Part shown: positions 10,430 through 18,786 of the stretch, piece by piece
Layout of the letters: each line of letters begins with the position of its first letter
Position numbering within the stretch: position 1 is the first letter of the stretch
From: Rhodoferax sp.
GTDB taxonomy: Bacteria > Pseudomonadota > Gammaproteobacteria > Burkholderiales > Burkholderiaceae_C
Reading direction: 5' to 3'
Assembly: GCA_031380235.1 (NCBI GenBank)
Contig: JANNFW010000526.1
Location: forward strand, 1 to 31,830
DNA: 31,830 nucleotides
Position numbers and translations under genes: made by a program
Notes under the pieces: model-generated
What the model saw: the letters and a program-made list of their open reading frames with translations, nothing else
Told to the model about the DNA's origin: nothing
The model's database searches: none

Positions 10430-10918
10430 ATGGCAATTGACATGTTTTTGGAGGTAGAAGGCATTCCAGGTGAATCGATCGATAGCGTACACAAAGGTCA
10501 TATCAGCTTGTTGGCCTGGAGTTGGGGCGCTTCCCAGAGCGGGAGCACGCATCTTGGCCCTGGCGGCGGCTCTGGCAAAGTGAACGTGCAGGACTTGTCG
10601 TTCACAAAGTATGTGGACGAGGCGTCACACCTACTTTTGTTGAATTGTTGCAATGGCACCCATATTCCCAAAGCCGTCCTGACCATCCGAAAGGCGGGAG
10701 GTACCGCGCCGCTGGATTACGTGGTGTTGACTTTGAACGATATTATTGTGAGCAGCGTCAGCACCGGCGGAAGCGGCGGTGAAGATCGTTTAACCGAAAA
10801 CGTCTCGCTGAACTTCGCCAAGTTTAAGTTTGAATACACGAAGCAGAAAGCCGACGGAAGCGCCGATGGCGGCCCTAAGCCCGCTGGCTGGAATATTCCA
10901 AAGAACGAGAAAGTCTGA
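10430..10918 (+). CDS. hcp: T6SS tube protein Hcp (TssD)
   Basis: MAIDMFLEVEGIPGES...SWSWG-like LAWSWG...QDLSFTKYVDEAS...TENVSLNFAKFKFEY; start placed at the ATG at 10430 after an AAAGG RBS. Confidence 0.97.
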   Translation: MAIDMFLEVEGIPGESIDSVHKGHISLLAWSWGASQSGSTHLGPGGGSGKVNVQDLSFTKYVDEASHLLLLNCCNGTHIPKAVLTIRKAGGTAPLDYVVLTLNDIIVSSVSTGGSGGEDRLTENVSLNFAKFKFEYTKQKADGSADGGPKPAGWNIPKNEKV

Positions 10919-11293
10919 GTTTGACAAAAGGAAGGTGTGCGGCATCACAGCATGCCTCACTCGATCCTCGGTTGTTTTTTCGATAGAGATTCGATATGAC
11001 AATATCTACGCACCGCTTCAACACTGCCCGTCTTCTTTTGATCGCCGCAGGAAGCGCCACCGCCAGCGCCTGCCATCCCAAACATGGGGGTGATGCATGG
11101 CCCGATGCACATGGCATCAGTTTGCTGCGTGAAGCTAGGGACGAGTTCAACAAGTTGACTGAGCCGCTGCGGACGCAAAAGAGAAACGTTGTCATCAATG
11201 CAGCAGCTGGAATGGGCATCGCAGCCTGGTAGTTCGCTACGTGCTGCTACCGCCAAATTCAGTTGCGATCGCGGTGGCGAGGGACTCAAGCCT

Positions 11294-13624
11294 TCACTGC
11301 CCCGTCCCACTGTCCAGAAACGCTGCCCAAAAATACGGATGCGGCTTTTTGCGCATCAATTGCTCCTGCGCCTCTGCCAGCGCCCTAGCCACCGGCGTTC
11401 CTCTTTTCAAACTGGCATACATCAGCCTTGACAATTCGGCCGTAGCGTCGTCGTCTACCTCCCACAGCGAGCCGACCACGTTTTGCGCGCCGGCGTATAA
11501 AAATCCCCGTGTGAGCCCCACCACATCGTCACCGCTGCTGATGCTACCTAGCCCGGTCTCGCACGCGGACAGCATCACCAGATTGGCACTCAGGCGCAGG
11601 CCGTAGATTTCGCTCACGCTGAGCATGCCGTCGTTCCTGTCGTCAGTTGCCAGCTTCAGCCTTGACTCTAATGGCGCATCGGCTGAAAACTCGCCATGCG
11701 ATGCCACGTGAATGTGCGAAAAATCATAGGCCCGTTCTTTTAGCAGTGTTTCAGTCGCGGCGCGGCGCACGAAGAGTTCACTGGTTTTGGCAAACATGGC
11801 TTGCAAATCCTGCGCTTCTATCTGCGCGGAAGGCAAGTCCAGAGCCGCCTGGCCCAAGTCGGGGTTGCCCAAAATGAGGAGCCGGTTGACCGGGTCTTTG
11901 GTAGAGGCAGAAAAGGCACGCGCCTCGGGCATCAGGCCCAACAGCATGGCCGAAGGCAAGTAGCGCAGCGACCGCCCTTGCACTAAAAATTTCTCGCCAT
12001 CGTGCAGCGCTGCAAAGGGCACATAGTGCAGGCTGCCATGCGGCACGATCAACAGGTCGCGGCCCGCAATGCTGCTTTGCATGGGGCGAAGCAAGCGCTT
12101 GTACAGCAGCTCACCGAGTTCCCGGGTTTGGCGACGGCGCTTCTTAATGGACTGCACAAACTCGCTGACATCGTCTGTCAGCCCATTGCCGTCCAACTGA
12201 AAAATACGGATCTCTGCACCTGCCAGGGTGTAGCCATACAGGGTACTGCCAGACGAAAAGAAGCCTACCAGGGTTTCCTGGGGCCCCAGCCCCGCAGCCA
12301 TCCGCTGCACGCTGACGCTGCCTGAGGTGATGAGTGATGCCAACTGGGGTGCGAGGGTTTGCAGACGGATGGCGGCCTGGTTCATCAGGCCGCTCAACTC
12401 TGCGCGGCGCGCCACATTGGTGTCGGGCACTTGGATCGACAGCTCTGCGTCAATGCGCTGAAACTCCGCAAACGCCGTAGCAATTTCAGGTGCTCGCTGG
12501 CCGTAAATGCCGAAGTCAGACTTGGTGGCCAGCATGTCCACCAGCGCGCGTGACTTGGCCTGCTCGGCCACCTCCAACACTTGGGCCTTGTTGCCCAGTC
12601 TCAACGCGGTTCGCACTATGCCGTGGTACACCGCCTGTTTGTCGCTGGCAAACCCGATCTTGCTGGTTTCGGTGCGGATGGAGCGGCGCTGCCCCTCCAC
12701 CAAGTCACGTGCTTTGCGAAAGTATTCCAGGGCCTTTTCGGTTTGCCCATCGCGCTCGGCGATGCGACCGCGCTCATACAGCACCTGCCAGTAAATCTCA
12801 GCATTCACGGTCAATTCTGGTGTGGCCAGCAGCTTGTCAAAGCCCGCCCGTGCCGGGTCTAGCCGACCCACCTCGAGCTGGGCCTTGTGCATCATGAAAG
12901 CGCGCGGCAGTTCGGTCCATACCCAATTGTTGCGTCCGGTAAAAGCCGCGCCAGACAGCAGGTTGTCGAGCATCATGTCAAAGCGAAACGATGCATCGCT
13001 GGATTCCAGCGTCACAATTACATCGGCCCAGGCCCCAATGGCCATTTGGGCGCGGGCCAGTGCCATTGCTTTGGCACGCTTGTAGTCGCTGCGAACGTTA
13101 TAGCCTTTCAGCAACTCGACGGTTTGGCGTGCTGCGGTGGGATCGCCCTGCAATGCCACCGCTACGGCCACCGCTGCGTAGGCACCGACCACCATGTCTT
13201 CGTCGCTGCTGTTTTCTTTGCGCAGCCACACCAGCGCATCATTGGCTTGCTTGCGGGCTTCTGCGTACTGTCCCAGGTCGGTCAAGGCTTCTGCCCGCAT
13301 CAGGTGGATGGCGGGCGTGGCATCATCCAGGCCAAAAATCCGCGTGCGCCGGTCGCCTTTGGCCACCAGCGTCTGCAACTGGTTCAGGCAGGGCAGCAGG
13401 CGCTCGTAGCGTTTGAGCTTGGAATAGGCAAAACACAAGGCATGCTGGTCGCGCGTGCGAAGCGGCCCCTGCTTGGCCAACGCCTCCACCTGCTTCTCTA
13501 TCAGATCGTAGCGGCCAGAGCCCGCATACCCGGTTTGATCGGTGCCATAGTCAGCCTGGGCAACCATGGCCGCCGCAGCCAGCAGCGTGGCGGCAAACCA
13601 TCTAAGCGACGGGTGCTGCTGCAT
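11294..13624 (-). CDS. Exported TPR + CHAT-domain (caspase-like, clan CD) cysteine protease
   Basis: Sec-type signal peptide (RWFAATLLAAAAMVAQA); several TPR-like helical repeats; AEQAKSRALVDML linker; CHAT motifs LLIVPHGSLHYVPFAAL, HIHVASHG (His codon 11696-11698), VMLSACETG (Cys codon 11561-11563), SLWEVDD and HPYFWAAF. Confidence 0.92.
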   Translation of the reverse strand: MQQHPSLRWFAATLLAAAAMVAQADYGTDQTGYAGSGRYDLIEKQVEALAKQGPLRTRDQHALCFAYSKLKRYERLLPCLNQLQTLVAKGDRRTRIFGLDDATPAIHLMRAEALTDLGQYAEARKQANDALVWLRKENSSDEDMVVGAYAAVAVAVALQGDPTAARQTVELLKGYNVRSDYKRAKAMALARAQMAIGAWADVIVTLESSDASFRFDMMLDNLLSGAAFTGRNNWVWTELPRAFMMHKAQLEVGRLDPARAGFDKLLATPELTVNAEIYWQVLYERGRIAERDGQTEKALEYFRKARDLVEGQRRSIRTETSKIGFASDKQAVYHGIVRTALRLGNKAQVLEVAEQAKSRALVDMLATKSDFGIYGQRAPEIATAFAEFQRIDAELSIQVPDTNVARRAELSGLMNQAAIRLQTLAPQLASLITSGSVSVQRMAAGLGPQETLVGFFSSGSTLYGYTLAGAEIRIFQLDGNGLTDDVSEFVQSIKKRRRQTRELGELLYKRLLRPMQSSIAGRDLLIVPHGSLHYVPFAALHDGEKFLVQGRSLRYLPSAMLLGLMPEARAFSASTKDPVNRLLILGNPDLGQAALDLPSAQIEAQDLQAMFAKTSELFVRRAATETLLKERAYDFSHIHVASHGEFSADAPLESRLKLATDDRNDGMLSVSEIYGLRLSANLVMLSACETGLGSISSGDDVVGLTRGFLYAGAQNVVGSLWEVDDDATAELSRLMYASLKRGTPVARALAEAQEQLMRKKPHPYFWAAFLDSGTGQ

Positions 13625-13649
13625 GGCATCCCCTTCAACTGGCGGTGAG

Positions 13650-14906
13650 TCAGAACCAGTAGTTCACGTTGAGCGAAACACCCCTGCTGTCCTTGGCTTG
13701 CTGCAATGCCAGCGTAGCACGCAGAAAGCTGCGCGCTGACAAGGCATTTTTATTAGTGCCAAGCGAAATGGTGATCTCCTGGGAATTATTTTGGTACAGG
13801 GTTGTACCTGACAGCCGTGTGTCAGACACACCGTACTCGATCGACATTTTGCTGCCGCCAAAACTGACAGGCTGGCTCACAAACAGGCCGTTCACAAGTG
13901 CTGTGGTACGAATGTTGGGGTCAAGGGAATCCTTCAAACCGGGTGGGTTGAAGGTTTGGTAGTAGCCCAGCATGTTGCCCATTGTCAAATCGAAACTGTC
14001 AAACTCCCACGTATAGGTACTTGCAAGCGAGCCGTGAACCACGCCCACAAAAAAAGCAGCGTCTGCTGAGGCCGCCAGGCTCACGCCCAGCATGGGTGTC
14101 AGCACCCAGGCATCGGACATCGGGAAGCGGTAACCAGCAGCCAGGCGCGCCTGGTAAGACTTGCTGCCTGCTGAATCCAGCGCACCGAACGATGCGCGCA
14201 GCAGCGCCTGCCGGCGGGGGTCGATGTCATTGCGTACCGTGTAGGACAGAGGGACAGAAATGCTTTGCACTGTGGCATCACCCACCGAATGGCTGCTCAG
14301 CAACACAGCCGCGCCTATGACGCTTTGCGATCCTTGCGACGCATTGCCTTGCGACGTTGCAATGCGCGTGGCGCTCTCAGTAAAGCTGCTCGAAAAGTCA
14401 CCCATGATGGCCTGGCCCATGACTCCACCTGTCCCCGCAATGGGGCTCAGCGGCGAAACTGCGGCCTGGCGCCGTTGCAAGTCGCCATAAAGCTGGGGGT
14501 TATCACGGAAATAGTCTCGCAACAATATTGCGCTTTCTGTCCGGTTGATTCCCGTGAACGACTGGTTCACCCCGATGTCTGGTATCTGCAACGTCAACGT
14601 TGTGCTGCCACTGGCATAACCGACCAGGGTAGTGACACCCAACAGGCGTAAATTGCTCGACACCGCTGAGTTCTCTGTATAACCGGGGAACTGAACGCCG
14701 ACATCACGAATTGCAGCCTCGTAAAATTTTTCCAAGCTGTCACGGCATACCTCCTGTGTGGAGCCGTCTGAGGTGATCGTCGCCCCAAACAGAGTGTTGC
14801 AGGCCGCTTGAGCGAGCGTGGGTACCGCACACGCGAGTGCGCTTGCAACGCAAAACGCTGCTTTTGCGCGTGACGCGCGAGGGTGACGGCCGATTTTGCT
14901 TTTCAT
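13650..14906 (-). CDS. Hypothetical outer-membrane beta-barrel protein (autotransporter-barrel-like)
   Basis: AAGGAG RBS; signal peptide ending AQA; C-terminal ~230 aa of alternating amphipathic strands (YQARLAAGYRF, LTMGNMLGYY, MSIEYGV) ending in VSLNVNYWF, the aromatic-X-Phe OMP C-terminal signature. Exact family not recognised. Confidence 0.65.
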   Translation of the reverse strand: MKSKIGRHPRASRAKAAFCVASALACAVPTLAQAACNTLFGATITSDGSTQEVCRDSLEKFYEAAIRDVGVQFPGYTENSAVSSNLRLLGVTTLVGYASGSTTLTLQIPDIGVNQSFTGINRTESAILLRDYFRDNPQLYGDLQRRQAAVSPLSPIAGTGGVMGQAIMGDFSSSFTESATRIATSQGNASQGSQSVIGAAVLLSSHSVGDATVQSISVPLSYTVRNDIDPRRQALLRASFGALDSAGSKSYQARLAAGYRFPMSDAWVLTPMLGVSLAASADAAFFVGVVHGSLASTYTWEFDSFDLTMGNMLGYYQTFNPPGLKDSLDPNIRTTALVNGLFVSQPVSFGGSKMSIEYGVSDTRLSGTTLYQNNSQEITISLGTNKNALSARSFLRATLALQQAKDSRGVSLNVNYWF

Positions 14907-14962
14907 CTGTGTTCTCCTTAAACAATGGCCCCGGAACTTGAAATGGCTGTCTGCAGTGGAAA

Positions 14963-15733
14963 CTATTTGCTACCCATCATTTGCGTGACTTCGTCTTCAG
15001 CGTGAGCCCAAAGCGTGAGCGCTGTGTAGTTGTCATGGTCTGGCTTTGCGTTGGCGCGAACGCTCTCGTCCAACTGCTTGACCCAAATGCTTGGGCTGGC
15101 CGCCGCTTTCAACAGGCTTTCAAGCGACGCATCGCCCACCGGCTCCCACACGCCATCACTGCACAGCAGCAGCACATCGCCCGGCAGCAGCTTCATGGGC
15201 TCTGAGACAGTCAAGTCGAGGTCTGCTTCGGAACTCCCGAGTGCGGACAGCAACAGATTGCGCTGCGGATGCAGGCGTGCGCCTTCGTCGTCAATCATGC
15301 CACTGGCCACCATCTGCTGCACCAGGCTGTGATCTGTGGTGCGGGCAAATGCCTTGCCGTCCCTGAACAGATAAGCCCGGCTGTCGCCGCAGTGCGCCCA
15401 CATCAGTGCGTCACTGTGCAGGTCGATCACTGCCAGCACCACCGTGGTTCGCATGCCTGCCAGATTGCCCCCCTCGCTTTGGCGAGCCACTACCGCTGCA
15501 TTGGCGCGCAGCAACAGGGCACGCAAGCCGCCAATGCTGATCTCCGGCTGAACCGAAAAACCCTCCAGGATGGTGGTGCGTGCAATGTGAGCAGCGACAT
15601 CTCCACCGCCGTGTCCCCCCGCACCATCGGCCACTAGACAGGCAACATACTGCCCGTCGTTCCACTGCCCATGCACATCTTCGTTGTAGTTGCGCCCGCC
15701 TTGCTGGGAGAGAGTAACGATTTCGACTTCCAC
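14963..15733 (-). CDS. pppA: PP2C-family Ser/Thr phosphatase (T6SS PppA/TagG-like)
   Basis: GRNYNED, VADGAGGHGGGDVA, AHCGDSRAY, RTTDHS, LLCSDG and DNYT motifs; immediately downstream of fha. Confidence 0.9.
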   Translation of the reverse strand: MEVEIVTLSQQGGRNYNEDVHGQWNDGQYVACLVADGAGGHGGGDVAAHIARTTILEGFSVQPEISIGGLRALLLRANAAVVARQSEGGNLAGMRTTVVLAVIDLHSDALMWAHCGDSRAYLFRDGKAFARTTDHSLVQQMVASGMIDDEGARLHPQRNLLLSALGSSEADLDLTVSEPMKLLPGDVLLLCSDGVWEPVGDASLESLLKAAASPSIWVKQLDESVRANAKPDHDNYTALTLWAHAEDEVTQMMGSK

Positions 15734-15747
15734 GTGGTTCTTCCAAG

Positions 15748-17310
15748 CTATTTTTCAGACTGAAAACGCGCCATCTGTTCGTCATAAGCGGCGGCAAACG
15801 CCTTGCCAAACAGCGTATGAAAATCGTCCTCAGCCTCCGTGGCAATGCCCGCATACAGTTTGCAAAACTGGTCCCACAGTTTTGCTTTTCTGCTGGCGCT
15901 GAAAATCTCGTCAAACCTGGACTTTTCTGTCAGCCGCTTTTCAAGCTTTTCAGGGGTAAAAAGCCCCAGTACGTGCGAAAGCGCCGCGCGCATGCCCACC
16001 ATCACGCCAAACTGGTGGGCTCGAAGGTCGGCATAGGCGTTGTTCATGGCATCTTCGGCCTCCATAAACCCCCTCACCCGGGGTCCCAGCATGTGCGCCA
16101 GCGCCACCTCGGCGTTGGGAGAAAACTTCAATGGGTTATTGGCCTCAGCAGAGATCATCGTGACTTCGGAATGCACGGTCCGCTTGAACTCTTGGCGTGA
16201 CAACAGAAGCTGCAAAGTACCATGGGTGGCTGTGTGCAACATGGCACCCACGCGCTCCATCAGCTCCGGGGTCAGCTTAGCCGGCATTTGATGGGTGCTT
16301 TTGACCCCCCGTAAAAAAGCCGCCAACAATTCAGTGTCGGTTGCAGTACCGGTTTGCGCAGCTACGGCAGTCACAGCAGCCGGTATCGGAGCAGCTTTCG
16401 CTACCGGTGGAGTCGGCGCATCGGCAGATCGCGTGGCCAATGCGGGCGCTGGCGCAGGACTGGGCTTTGCGCTGACGGCTGCTGGCAAAGCAAATGCCTG
16501 CTGCAGCATGGGCACATGGTCGCTGCGGCTGGCCGCTGTAGCTTTGGGCCCATGGCCCAGCAAGGCATCCAGAGGGTCGGCAGACGATGCCGTGTTAGGT
16601 TGAAACAAAGGGCTGGCCAGAGGCGACTGCGCCAGCGGATCACCCCCACCCGTTGCTGGTCCCAAGCCAAACAGATCGTCAATGCTGGATGAGCCGGCGT
16701 TGGGCAGCCCCTCAAAGGCGTTACTGCCAACAGAAGGCGGCCTTGCCCCTCCACCACCTTCGAAGCCCATCAAGTCGCCAAATGGGTCTGCCTCGCCTGG
16801 TTTTGAAGGTGGCGTATCCAGCCCCATCGGATCCGGGAAAAATTCTGGCTTGGCAGGTGTGGCGGCAGGGCGGGCGACTGGCGCAGGTGCCAAGCCCACC
16901 ATCAAATCAGCAAATGGATCATCAGCATTACTAGGCTTGGCCGACGTCAGCCTTGCTGCGCCTGTCGGCAAATCGTCCAGCAGGGAACCGTTGCCTGTGC
17001 TGTCGGCGTGGCTCACCGTCAATTCAAAGCTGCCAATTTGCAAGCGGTCACCGTTTGCCAGTGGTGCCTCATTGCCCAACCCCAAAGAGAGCCCGTTATG
17101 GGACAACGGGTTGCTGCCCCGGTCAATGATGAAAAAAGCCCCATTGCGGCAGAGCACTTGTGCATGCACTCGAGACACCGTGCGGTCCGGGTCGTCCAGC
17201 ACCAGCAGGTTAGTGTTCGAGCGACCAATGCTGCCACCGCTGTCGTCAAACTCAGCAGCGAGTCCACCCCCAACAACCTCTCCGCGCATGCTGACGACCG
17301 CAATTTTCAT
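15748..17310 (-). CDS. tagH: T6SS-associated FHA-domain protein TagH/Fha
   Basis: N-terminal FHA (SIGRS...VSRVHA...IIDRGSN), Pro/Ala-rich linker, C-terminal NNPLKFS...DLRAHQFG...FGKAFAAAYDEQ typical of T6SS Fha. Confidence 0.93.
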   Translation of the reverse strand: MKIAVVSMRGEVVGGGLAAEFDDSGGSIGRSNTNLLVLDDPDRTVSRVHAQVLCRNGAFFIIDRGSNPLSHNGLSLGLGNEAPLANGDRLQIGSFELTVSHADSTGNGSLLDDLPTGAARLTSAKPSNADDPFADLMVGLAPAPVARPAATPAKPEFFPDPMGLDTPPSKPGEADPFGDLMGFEGGGGARPPSVGSNAFEGLPNAGSSSIDDLFGLGPATGGGDPLAQSPLASPLFQPNTASSADPLDALLGHGPKATAASRSDHVPMLQQAFALPAAVSAKPSPAPAPALATRSADAPTPPVAKAAPIPAAVTAVAAQTGTATDTELLAAFLRGVKSTHQMPAKLTPELMERVGAMLHTATHGTLQLLLSRQEFKRTVHSEVTMISAEANNPLKFSPNAEVALAHMLGPRVRGFMEAEDAMNNAYADLRAHQFGVMVGMRAALSHVLGLFTPEKLEKRLTEKSRFDEIFSASRKAKLWDQFCKLYAGIATEAEDDFHTLFGKAFAAAYDEQMARFQSEK

Positions 17311-17338
17311 TACTCAATCACTTCAAAAAGGCGATATC

Positions 17339-17389
17339 AAAAAAAACGGCTTCGACAACCTACCCTGCATAGGACGATTGGGGAATCCG
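17339..17389 (-). terminator. Imperfect hairpin followed by U8, just upstream of fha
   Basis: On the minus strand CGGATTC...CCT-ATGC-AGG...GAAGCCG is followed by T8 (A8 at 17339-17346 on plus); the stem is imperfect. Confidence 0.3.
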
Positions 17390-17626
17390 ACATTCAAACC
17401 GCGAGCAGCGCCCTCGACACCCGCCAGCAGTGAAGCAAAGCATGCGCTTGACCCGCACGCCAATATAATCTATGCCTTGCCTCCATGTTGTGTCTTAGGC
17501 CGAAAAAATCGTTGCCATTCCGTTCCTCTCAGCACTGCTTAACGCCTCCACCTACGGCCCGGTTGAAGTGCCTGGCAATTTGCCGAATCGGAAGCTCGCC
17601 GAAATGATCAACGAGTAGATCGGTGG

Positions 17627-18028
17627 TTATGGTGCCAGCAACAGTACTAAAGCTTGACTCGGCACAATGCGCACTCCTGGGCAATTTGTGCTGTTTTGAA
17701 GCGCAACACTGGTCATGCGTGTCGCTGGCATTCCTTGAAACAACACTGTAAAAGCGCCGGTCAGATGGCGGCTTGGCCCCATCACCGTGCCAGACGCAAC
17801 ACCTGTTGCCAACCCCGCATTGTCGCCATTGGTCATGGGAATACTCGTGCCCAAATTGTGCGCGGGCATGCCCATGATCAGGATCGTTGGGCAATTGGGT
17901 ATTGCCATAGGTCCCATCGCAATGTTTGGGTACGGAATCGGTATGGGCGCGGGAGCCGGTGGGGCTGGGGTTAAACAGACATCGGGGAAGCCCATGTCGG
18001 TTCCCATCATTTGACAATTGGCGAACAT
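17627..18028 (-). CDS. Stand-alone PAAR-like DUF4150 spike-tip protein (TagD-like)
   Basis: 133 aa; FPDVCLTP...PIPYPN...GDNAG...GVASGT...VLFQGMPATR...N are DUF4150 hallmarks; no C-terminal toxin extension. Confidence 0.92.
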   Translation of the reverse strand: MFANCQMMGTDMGFPDVCLTPAPPAPAPIPIPYPNIAMGPMAIPNCPTILIMGMPAHNLGTSIPMTNGDNAGLATGVASGTVMGPSRHLTGAFTVLFQGMPATRMTSVALQNSTNCPGVRIVPSQALVLLLAP

Positions 18029-18058
18029 TGAGCTCTCCGGTACTGGTTTGACTGGGAT

Positions 18059-18754
18059 TCATCCAAAATGGATTTGTGCACCCCGGGCCTTGATGAGGTT
18101 TTGCCCATTGAGCAGCAAGTGCTCGCCCGAGATACGGGCCAACTGCTGTGCCTCGCATTCCAGGTGTGTGGCCTGCACCCGGTCGATACCTTCGGTGGTG
18201 CGCAAATGGCTTCGACTGAAATGGCTGACGCGGTCGAAGACCGTCGATAGCATCGACCCTACGGCTTTAACAGCGGTACCGATCAGATGCAAGTCTTTGC
18301 CAATAAACTGCGCTTCGCCAGCGGTCACCGTCGCCTTGTCGGCGCGCAACAAAAAATCAGTGGTTTGAAGCGCCAGAGCAGGCGCCGCCAGCGTTAGCGC
18401 GCCCGCTTCAACCTCGATGCGTGTTGGCCCTGGGCAGCGCAGCACATAGACGGTTTCGCTACCCATTTCCGCCGTAGCTTCTTCGCGCTGGAGCACTGCA
18501 AGCACCCAAGCCTCATCGGGTGCCACGAGCAAGCAAGCCACCGTGTCACCGACCCTGGGCACCAGTAGACAACTGGCTGCTCGGCGCACGCGCGCTTGCA
18601 GCGTGCCACTGCTCAGAGTGAAGTCATCGCCATCGCACGCAGAGATCAGGCCGACGCAATGGCGCGCCGGGGTTGGCTGGGCGGCTCCCGCTTGGCTGCG
18701 TGGGTTGGTTTTAGGGCGCTGGCGTGGGCTCTTAACGGTAGTGGGGGCGGTCAT
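18059..18754 (-). CDS. DUF3540-family protein (TagC-like)
   Basis: VRRAASCLLVPRVGDTV...AWVLAVL and C-terminal ..GEHLLLNGQNLIKARGAQIHFG; position between pentapeptide and DUF4150 genes. Start moved to the ATG at 18754 because the track start overlaps the upstream gene. Confidence 0.85.
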   Translation of the reverse strand: MTAPTTVKSPRQRPKTNPRSQAGAAQPTPARHCVGLISACDGDDFTLSSGTLQARVRRAASCLLVPRVGDTVACLLVAPDEAWVLAVLQREEATAEMGSETVYVLRCPGPTRIEVEAGALTLAAPALALQTTDFLLRADKATVTAGEAQFIGKDLHLIGTAVKAVGSMLSTVFDRVSHFSRSHLRTTEGIDRVQATHLECEAQQLARISGEHLLLNGQNLIKARGAQIHFG

Positions 18755-18786
18755 GATAGGCTCCAAAAATAGCGTGAGTAAACTAC

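Noticed and set aside
11294-13624. CHAT protease as part of a gasdermin-type or Craspase (type III-E CRISPR) defence system
   Set aside because: No gasdermin, Cas or CRISPR array is in the window, and the protein has an export signal, unlike those cytoplasmic systems.
16682-17542. 286-aa plus-strand ORF, and other long overlapping ORFs (e.g. 19043-19888, 26508-27926, 12887-13648)
   Set aside because: Antisense shadows of well-supported genes, expected in GC-rich DNA; no recognisable motifs.
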